Source: Verrucomicrobia bacterium UBA6775 (GTDB lineage: Bacteria > Verrucomicrobiota > Verrucomicrobiia > Limisphaerales > UBA1096). Taken from it: 63,275 nucleotides of DNA. The notes beneath the pieces are model-generated. The model was not told the origin of the DNA and did not search any database. It worked only from the letters and a program-made list of their open reading frames with translations. The position numbers and the translations under genes are program-made. Shown here piece after piece: positions 54,414 through 63,275 of the stretch (positions are counted from its first letter, which is position 1; each line of letters starts with the position of its first letter). The stretch is from assembly GCA_002453165.1 (NCBI GenBank), contig DKGH01000158.1, positions 1 through 63,275 on the forward strand, read 5' to 3'.

Positions 54414-57141
54414 TCCGGCGGGGAGATTGCGTTCGCTCGGCCAAGCGCTTGGCCAAGTTTTTCTTCTGGCACTGCTGCTCTTCCCCGCCCTGGCCAGTGG
54501 CCAGCAACCGGCTGTGGTGGCCGATCGCGACCTGGTCAAGAAAATCTCGATTCAACACATCGGCCCACCGGCGGCATCCGATGAGTATATCCTGGCCCAT
54601 ATCCGCCTCAGGGAGGGTGAACCGTTCCGCCAGTCTGTCATCAACGACGATATTGAGAGCCTGATGGGCACCAACTTCTTTCTAAGCGTGGACGTCGTTT
54701 ATGAAGAGGATCGGGGATTGGGGGGGCAGGTTGTCCGCTACCTCCTTCGCGGCCAGCCCACGGTGACCGAGATTCGGTTCGACGGAAACTCCGGCCGGAA
54801 ATTCCGCCGCAGCAAACTGATGCGAAAAATGCGGTCGCGCGTTGGGGACATTTTCAACGGTATGGCCCTAGCCTCGGATCGGCGGGTCATCGAGAAGGAA
54901 TACAACAAGGCCGGCTATCATCAGGCCGTGGTGGAGATGTTGCCGGAACATGATGCGGACCAGGGGCAGGTCGTCGTCACTTACAGGATCGAACCCGGCC
55001 AGAGGGTGAAGATCGACGACATCATTTTTGAAAAGGTCACGTCCGGAGATTACAAAGAACTTGCCTTTACGCAACGGCAACTGCGCAAGGTTTTGAAAAC
55101 GCGCCGTCATTGGTGGATGTCTTGGCTGACCGGCAGCGGTAAACTCGAGGAGGATCAATGGGACACCGACATGGAGGAGTTGAAGAAATTCTACCAGTCC
55201 CATGGTTACATCGACTTTCGATTGGTGGACAAAATCGAGACCCTGAACGAAAAGGGGAACCGGATGGTCATTCGCCTCAATATTTTCGAGGGTCACCAGT
55301 ACCGCGTGGGAAACGTCACCTTCGAGGGGAACACGGTCTATACTGACGCACAGATTCTTGAGGGCAAGCGAACTTTTGAATACTACGTGGGCCCGCGCCT
55401 TTGGCCAGGCGAAGTCTTTACGCCCGAGGATCGTCAGGAGGATGCCCTCGCCATAAAGGAGTTGTATGAGATGAAGGGTTATCTGGACGCTGACATACGC
55501 TCCGAGGTCATCCCTAATACCGGCACCGGCGAAATCGACATCCACTACAGGATCACGGAGAACGAATCGGTCAAGGTGGAGCAGATCAAGATCCGGGGCA
55601 ACACGACCACCAAGGACAAGGTCATCCGGCGTGAGTTGAACATTTACCCGGGCGAAACGTTCAACATGGTCAGCGTCAACCTGAGCAAACGCCGCCTCGA
55701 GGGTACCGGGTTGTTCGATAAGGTGGAGACCGAGGCCGAGCAGATTGAGGAGTTGCCCAGCAAGCGAAACCTCGTCATCGGGGTGACCGAGGGCCGCACC
55801 GGCAATATCATGATGGGTTTCGGCTACGGCTCGATCATGTCGCTCTACGCCCAGATAGGTTATACACAGGGCAACTTTGACCTTTTCAACCCGCCATTTT
55901 TCACCGGGGGGGGGCAAAAATTCCGGCTGCAGATCACCGCCGGTCGCAGGCACGAGGATTACATGGTTACCTTCGAGGAGCCCTTCCTTTTTGACAAAAA
56001 GCTGCGTCTCGCAGTGGATCTGTACCACCGCGATAACCGGTTCCTGAGCAATTACTTCACGCAAAAACGGACTGGTGCACGCGTGGGGTTGTCCAGAACC
56101 CTCTGGAACGACTATACTTACGGTGGAGTCAACTACACCATCGAGCGTGTCGGCATTCATGACCGGTCGTACTACACTTGGATGCTACAGGAGCATGATA
56201 TTATCGACGGAAGGTTGATTTCGCCCGACTCGGATTTAAACAACCCTTTCAACTGGGAATACGATCGCTCACGTAGGGATGAGGGTGAATACGCAGAACT
56301 AAATCACGATCGGATGGTTTCCAAACTGGGAACGTTCGTTGCCTATAGCACACTCAATCATGCCCTTATGCCAAACCGGGGTCAGCACACTCAGTTCACC
56401 GCTGAGGTCGCCGGTGGCCCGTTTGGAGGGGAAACCGAGATGTACAAGCTCGAGTTGGAGTCGTCTTACTACTTTCCAGGCCTAATGCAGGGGCACGTGC
56501 TGGAACTCGTCGGCCGGGTCGGCGTGGTGGACAGCTTTGGCGGAAGTCGCCGCGTGCCCTACTTCGACCGATTTTTCCTTGGAGGCAACCGCACCATGCG
56601 CGGATACGACCACCGTGACATTGGGCCCCGCCTGAAAAAATGGAAGCTCAGCAAGGGCATGCATGAGGGGGCACAGCATTACGGCTACCATGTGGACGTG
56701 ATGAAAGATGGGAAGGTTGTCGAGAAGGACAAATTCATCCCGGTCCAACACACCCCTTCCGACTACCCGTTTGCGGATTATCAAGGTCCGCATCAAACCC
56801 CACTTCTCCCACTTGAGGACGGCACCTCATGGAACCCGGTGATGGTAGACGGCTCCGAGCCGCTGGGTGGCAGCAGCTACTGGTTCGGCTCAGCGGAATA
56901 CACCATTCCGATCATCGAGCGGCTGCGATTTGCTTTGTTTTATGACATTGGCATGTCCTATCTCGATCCTTACGAATTTGAATTCGGCGATTACGCCGAC
57001 AACTGGGGCGTTGGCCTGCGGTTGACAGTGCCCATGCTTGGGCCGCTGCGTCTGGACTACGGCTTCCCGATCTCGCACCCCGACTACGTGGACGGTGGGG
57101 GAGAATTTCACTTTGGGGTGGGATACAACCGCACTTTTTAA
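54406..57141 (+). CDS. bamA: outer membrane protein assembly factor BamA (POTRA repeats + Omp85 barrel)
   Basis: Signal peptide, POTRA-like repeats (IEGNTVY, IRGNTTTKDKVIRREL), RFFLGGNRTMRGYD (VRGF-type motif) and C-terminal FHFGVGYNRTF. ATG 54406 overlaps the dnaB stop by 8 nt. Confidence 0.88.
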   Translation: MTSPAGRLRSLGQALGQVFLLALLLFPALASGQQPAVVADRDLVKKISIQHIGPPAASDEYILAHIRLREGEPFRQSVINDDIESLMGTNFFLSVDVVYEEDRGLGGQVVRYLLRGQPTVTEIRFDGNSGRKFRRSKLMRKMRSRVGDIFNGMALASDRRVIEKEYNKAGYHQAVVEMLPEHDADQGQVVVTYRIEPGQRVKIDDIIFEKVTSGDYKELAFTQRQLRKVLKTRRHWWMSWLTGSGKLEEDQWDTDMEELKKFYQSHGYIDFRLVDKIETLNEKGNRMVIRLNIFEGHQYRVGNVTFEGNTVYTDAQILEGKRTFEYYVGPRLWPGEVFTPEDRQEDALAIKELYEMKGYLDADIRSEVIPNTGTGEIDIHYRITENESVKVEQIKIRGNTTTKDKVIRRELNIYPGETFNMVSVNLSKRRLEGTGLFDKVETEAEQIEELPSKRNLVIGVTEGRTGNIMMGFGYGSIMSLYAQIGYTQGNFDLFNPPFFTGGGQKFRLQITAGRRHEDYMVTFEEPFLFDKKLRLAVDLYHRDNRFLSNYFTQKRTGARVGLSRTLWNDYTYGGVNYTIERVGIHDRSYYTWMLQEHDIIDGRLISPDSDLNNPFNWEYDRSRRDEGEYAELNHDRMVSKLGTFVAYSTLNHALMPNRGQHTQFTAEVAGGPFGGETEMYKLELESSYYFPGLMQGHVLELVGRVGVVDSFGGSRRVPYFDRFFLGGNRTMRGYDHRDIGPRLKKWKLSKGMHEGAQHYGYHVDVMKDGKVVEKDKFIPVQHTPSDYPFADYQGPHQTPLLPLEDGTSWNPVMVDGSEPLGGSSYWFGSAEYTIPIIERLRFALFYDIGMSYLDPYEFEFGDYADNWGVGLRLTVPMLGPLRLDYGFPISHPDYVDGGGEFHFGVGYNRTF
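54439..54457. repeat. iterated palindrome, double unit
   Basis: ggccaagcgcttggccaag encodes LGQALGQ in the n-region of the BamA signal peptide. Confidence 0.9.
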
Positions 57142-57153
57142 AAACTGTTAAAA

Positions 57154-57825
57154 ATGAAAAAAATCACAACCATGATTCATTCTCGCTTGGCCAAGCTGGT
57201 CACGATTGCCGCCGCACTGGCTGCCTTCACCGGGGCGACTCACGCTCAGGAAGCGCTCAAGATCGCCCTCGTCGACATCGAAAAAGTCCGCGCATCCTAC
57301 TGGAAAACTCAAATGTCCCTCCAACAAGTCGCAGAGCGCAGAGCCGATTTTAAAAAGGCCGAGCAGGGATTGATTGAAGACTTGAACCAGATTGCGGCAG
57401 ATTTCAGACGCCTTTACGAAAGTGCACGAGATCCCGCCAACTCCCAGTCCAAGCGGGAATCAGATGCCCAAAAAGCTGGGGAACAAGAAACGAAACACCG
57501 TCAAGCCAAGGTTCGGCATGCAGAGTACGTTCAGAGTGCAGAACGAACCATGCGTGAAATGGGTGCACGGCTTAACAGGGCTCGAGTGGACGAAATCAAG
57601 GAAGTCGTGGCAGCCAAATCCAAGGCGGCTGGGTACGACATCGTCATCAACTCATCTGAGAACGTTCTCATCGTTGTATACTCCGCAGGCAAAAATGACC
57701 TGACCAACGAGATTATCACCGAGCTGAACAAGGACGCCCCAGAGGAGTACAAGCCCAGGAAGCCGGCCTCCGCTGAGGGGACAACCACCCCGCCAGCTCC
57801 AGCCCCCGCTCCTGCCGAGAAATAA
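57154..57825 (+). CDS. skp: OmpH/Skp family periplasmic chaperone
   Basis: Signal peptide, KIALVDIEKV start of the mature protein and a long coiled-coil. It lies directly downstream of bamA. Confidence 0.8.
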   Translation: MKKITTMIHSRLAKLVTIAAALAAFTGATHAQEALKIALVDIEKVRASYWKTQMSLQQVAERRADFKKAEQGLIEDLNQIAADFRRLYESARDPANSQSKRESDAQKAGEQETKHRQAKVRHAEYVQSAERTMREMGARLNRARVDEIKEVVAAKSKAAGYDIVINSSENVLIVVYSAGKNDLTNEIITELNKDAPEEYKPRKPASAEGTTTPPAPAPAPAEK

Positions 57826-57844
57826 TCTCCATCCAATACACAAA

Positions 57845-57874
57845 AAGCGCCGGTCATCACCGGCGCTTTTTTTG
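57845..57874. terminator. bidirectional rho-independent terminator (skp / lpdA convergent)
   Basis: AAAAA-GCGCCGGT-catc-ACCGGCGC-TTTTTTT. The A-run upstream and T-run downstream allow function on both strands. Confidence 0.7.
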
Positions 57875-57942
57875 TGCCTGCTTGGCCCGGCGCAAGGTAG
57901 AACAAAGGAGCGGGGACATCGGATAGAAAGGGTATTTGAGCA

Positions 57943-57961
57943 GGGGATAAGAATGTTTCCC
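57943..57961. repeat. GGGGACAGGAATGTYCCC hairpin element, diverged copy C
   Basis: ggggataagaatgtttccc, preceded by tttgagca, with the palindrome 12 nt away (57973-57986). It lies just downstream of the lpdA stop. Confidence 0.5.
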
Positions 57962-57986
57962 TTTCAATGTGTCGCTTGGCCAAGCG

Positions 57987-59378
57987 CTAAATATGCAGCG
58001 GCTCGCCCATGGCCATGTGAGCCGCCTCACGCAATCCCTCCGACATCGTCGGATGCGCGTGGATGGTCCGTGCCAAGTCTTCCGCACTGCCGTCAAACTC
58101 CATCAATAGCACCGCCTCGGCGATCAACTCGGACGCGTTGGCAGAGAGAATCTGTGCACCCAGCACTCGGTCGGTTTCCTTATCGGCGATGATTTTGGCC
58201 AAGCCGTCCGCGTGCGCCCCGGCCACCGCCCGGCCGTTGGCCTGAAACGGAAACGCCCCCACGGAGACCTCATGCCCCTTTTCTTTCGCCTCCGCCTCGG
58301 TGAGCCCTACGGCGGCAACCTCGGGCGCGGTGTAAATCACCCACGGAATGGTGTCGTAATTCACCCGGCCCGCCTTGCCGGCCATGCGTTCCACGGCGGC
58401 GACCGCCTCCTGCTCGGCCTTGTGCGCGAGCATCGGTCCGGCGATTACGTCGCCGATGGCGTAAATACCCGGCACGTTCGTTTGCCACTCGGCATCCGTC
58501 CGGATTCGACCGCGCTCGTCCAACTCCACACCGGCTTCGGTCGCGCCGAGGCCGTCGGTGTTCGGCTTGCGCCCAACGGCAACGAGTACCTTTTCGGCCT
58601 CCAGTTCCAGTGACTTGTCTCCCTTGGCAGCCGTCAGCTTGATGCCGGTTTTGGTTTTCTCGGCCGACTCCACGCCGGTGCCGAGGTGGAACTTGAGCCC
58701 CTGTTTTTGCAACAGTTTTTGGAGAGCCTGGGTAATGTCCTCATCGAAAATCGCGGCGATGCGCGGGAGAAACTCGACCACCGTCACCTTCGTGCCCAAC
58801 CGCGCCCAGACCGAACCAAGCTCCAGCCCGATCGCGCCGCCGCCAATTACGATCATCGACTCCGGCGCCTGGCCAAGCGCGATCGCGTGGTCGCTGCTCA
58901 GCACCGTTTCGCCGTCGAACTCGAGGAACGGCAGGCCGCTCACGGAGCTGCCGGTGGCGATAAGGATGCGCTTGGTTTTTAGTGTTCGCACGGCCTTTCC
59001 CCCGGTGACCTCGACCTCGCCGGCGTTGACGATGCGGCCGGAGCCGCTCACGTGCTCGATGCCGTTTTTGTTCATCAGGTAATCGATGCCCCGTGCCATC
59101 TTGCGCACGACGCCGTCCTTGCGCTTCATCATCGCCGCAACATCCATCGTCACCCCCTCCGCCTTGATGCCGTGGGACTTGAAACCGTGCTGTGCCTCGT
59201 GAAACAGCTCCGACGAGGAGAGCAGCGCCTTGCTGGGAATACAGCCGACGTTGAGGCAGGTGCCGCCGAGATTTTTCCCCTTCTCGACGATGGCGGTTTT
59301 CATGCCGAGCTGAGTAGCCTTGATCGCGGCGGTGTACCCGCCGGGCCCGGCCCCAATGACCACTAAATCAAATTCCAT
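57987..59378 (-). CDS. lpdA: dihydrolipoyl dehydrogenase (E3)
   Basis: FDLVVIGAGPGGYTAAI and the redox-active GGTCLNVGCIPSK. Confidence 0.93.
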   Translation of the reverse strand: MEFDLVVIGAGPGGYTAAIKATQLGMKTAIVEKGKNLGGTCLNVGCIPSKALLSSSELFHEAQHGFKSHGIKAEGVTMDVAAMMKRKDGVVRKMARGIDYLMNKNGIEHVSGSGRIVNAGEVEVTGGKAVRTLKTKRILIATGSSVSGLPFLEFDGETVLSSDHAIALGQAPESMIVIGGGAIGLELGSVWARLGTKVTVVEFLPRIAAIFDEDITQALQKLLQKQGLKFHLGTGVESAEKTKTGIKLTAAKGDKSLELEAEKVLVAVGRKPNTDGLGATEAGVELDERGRIRTDAEWQTNVPGIYAIGDVIAGPMLAHKAEQEAVAAVERMAGKAGRVNYDTIPWVIYTAPEVAAVGLTEAEAKEKGHEVSVGAFPFQANGRAVAGAHADGLAKIIADKETDRVLGAQILSANASELIAEAVLLMEFDGSAEDLARTIHAHPTMSEGLREAAHMAMGEPLHI

Positions 59379-59396
59379 TTTTTAAATTAATTCAAA

Positions 59397-59417
59397 GCCA
59401 AGCGCTTGGCCAAACGG
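59397..59417. repeat. iterated palindrome, double unit (outer positions degenerate)
   Basis: gccaagcgcttggccaaacgg occupies the 39-nt sucB-lpdA spacer. Confidence 0.85.
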
Positions 59418-60698
59418 TCAATTCACCAGGCCAAGCGCCGGGTTTTCGATGAATTCCTTCACCTTGACGAGGAAGGTCACAGCTTCGCGGCCGTCGACAA
59501 TGCGGTGGTCGTAAGTCAGCGCGAGATTCATCATCGGCCGGATGATCACCTGCCCGTTGAGTGCCACCGGGCGCTCCTGAATGGTGTGCATCCCGAGGAT
59601 GCCACTCTGCGGCGGGTTCAGGATCGGGGTCGACATCATCGAGCCGAAAATTCCGCCGTTGGTGATGCTGAAGGTTCCGCCGGTCAGGTCGTTCAGATCG
59701 ATGTTGCCGGAGCGTGCCTTTTCTGCGTAGGCGATGATCGCCTTTTCGATTTCCGCCAAAGACAGGTTGTCGGCGTCGCGCACGACCGGGACGACGAGTC
59801 CCTTTTCGGTCGAGATGGCCACGCCGATGTGTTGCCGGTGGTACTTCACGATGTCCGTGCCATCGATGGCAGCGTTGACATTGGGAACCGCCTTGAGCGC
59901 TCGGACGACCGCCTTCACGAACAGCGACATGAAGCCGAGTTTCACGCCGTGTGTCTCGACAAATTCCTTCTGGCATTTTTTGCGCAGATCGATGATCTGG
60001 CTCATGTCGGCCTCGTTGAATGTGGTCAGCATCGCCGCCTCGTGCTGGGCGCTGACCAGCCGGTTGGCGATGGTGCGACGCATCATGCTCATGCGTTTGC
60101 GGGTGACCTCGCCAACCTCCGCCGGGGCAGCCACCGGTGCGACCGGTTCGGGGGCGCTGCCGACGTTGTCGTTGCTGGCGATGGGTGTGTCCGGTGCGGT
60201 GGCCTGTGCCTCCTCGGCGGCGGCCAACACGTCTTCCTTGAGAATGCGCCCGCCCTTGCCGGAGCCGGTAACGGAGCCCAAATCGATCCCGAGTTCCTCG
60301 GCGTGCACCTTAGCCGACGGAGTCGTCAGGACTTCCGTCGCTTGGCCAAGCGGCTTGTCCTCGGCGGGGGCGGGTGGCTCGACGGGAGCGGGAGTCTCCG
60401 CTTGGCCAAGCGCGGGTTCGCTCCCCGTAGCGGCCGGTTCGTCGCTCTTTGCCGGTGCTTCGCCGGCTTCGTCGATGGATGCCAGCACGCCGCCGATCGG
60501 GAGTTCGTCCCCGATGTTGGCCTGGGTGGTGATCACTCCGGCCACCTCGGTCGGGATTTCCTGCGAGGCCTTGTCGGTCTCGATTTCGCAGATGATGTCC
60601 CCCGCGTTGCAGTAGTCGCCGGTGTTCTTTTTCCAGTCGGCCACGTAGACGGACTTGATGGATTCGCCGACGGCGGGGACTTTGATTTGAGTGGGCAT
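59418..60698 (-). CDS. sucB: dihydrolipoyllysine-residue succinyltransferase (E2o)
   Basis: Lipoyl domain (CEIETDKA), Ala/Pro linker, PSBD ([14 protein letters not shown]) and catalytic [10 protein letters not shown]. It lies directly downstream of sucA. Confidence 0.88.
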   Translation of the reverse strand: MPTQIKVPAVGESIKSVYVADWKKNTGDYCNAGDIICEIETDKASQEIPTEVAGVITTQANIGDELPIGGVLASIDEAGEAPAKSDEPAATGSEPALGQAETPAPVEPPAPAEDKPLGQATEVLTTPSAKVHAEELGIDLGSVTGSGKGGRILKEDVLAAAEEAQATAPDTPIASNDNVGSAPEPVAPVAAPAEVGEVTRKRMSMMRRTIANRLVSAQHEAAMLTTFNEADMSQIIDLRKKCQKEFVETHGVKLGFMSLFVKAVVRALKAVPNVNAAIDGTDIVKYHRQHIGVAISTEKGLVVPVVRDADNLSLAEIEKAIIAYAEKARSGNIDLNDLTGGTFSITNGGIFGSMMSTPILNPPQSGILGMHTIQERPVALNGQVIIRPMMNLALTYDHRIVDGREAVTFLVKVKEFIENPALGLVN

Positions 60699-60707
60699 GA
60701 AATTGTT

Positions 60708-63275
<2,568 letters not shown>

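Overview
GC-rich (about 60% by eye) chromosomal segment whose gene content points to a diderm of the PVC superphylum (Verrucomicrobiota or Planctomycetota type). I support about 41 protein genes, one pseudogene and one tRNA. (1) 0.8-29.7 kb, all on the + strand, looks accessory. It holds three DUF1552(HXXSHH) / PSCyt3-PSD (DUF1585/1587/1588/1592/1595) gene pairs, one PSCyt1-PSCyt2-PSD1 (DUF1549/DUF1553) gene, an orphan DUF1501 gene and three formylglycine-type sulfatases. It also holds a Tat-signal Gfo/Idh/MocA oxidoreductase, a ceramidase-like/LamG fusion and an HExxH metallopeptidase-like protein, interspersed with pdxA, an HU gene and panE. (2) 29.7-50 kb holds a PAP2-like membrane protein, purQ-purS, a natAB-like ABC pair and a beta-CASP MBL hydrolase. 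It also holds an 8.4 kb minus-strand operon (two PQQ-like beta-propellers, DUF3311 + Na/solute symporter, PaaK-like adenylating enzyme, ALDH-like protein), glgC, a DUF1501 + PSCyt/LamG/PSD1 pair and tRNA-Ser(GCU). (3) 50-63 kb is housekeeping: mutS, dnaB, bamA, skp, lpdA-sucB-sucA (sucA runs off the window). The strongest signal not explained by genes is a highly iterated palindrome, CGCTTGGCCAAGCG, often doubled to TTGGCCAAGCGCTTGGCCAA. By manual scan its 8-nt core TTGGCCAA occurs about 60 times and the perfect 14-mer about 20 times in 63 kb, against naive expectations of about 1 and far below 1. It lies in intergenic DNA and inside unrelated CDSs in all three reading frames (LGQA / RLAKR / AWPS), and is concentrated at gene boundaries, signal peptides, linkers and C-terminal tails. 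A second small repeat family, a GGGGACAGGAATGTYCCC hairpin, sits next to the palindrome in three intergenic regions. No CRISPR array, IS element, integrase or recognisable defence or toxin system was seen. All family assignments come from motif recognition by eye, not from database searches.
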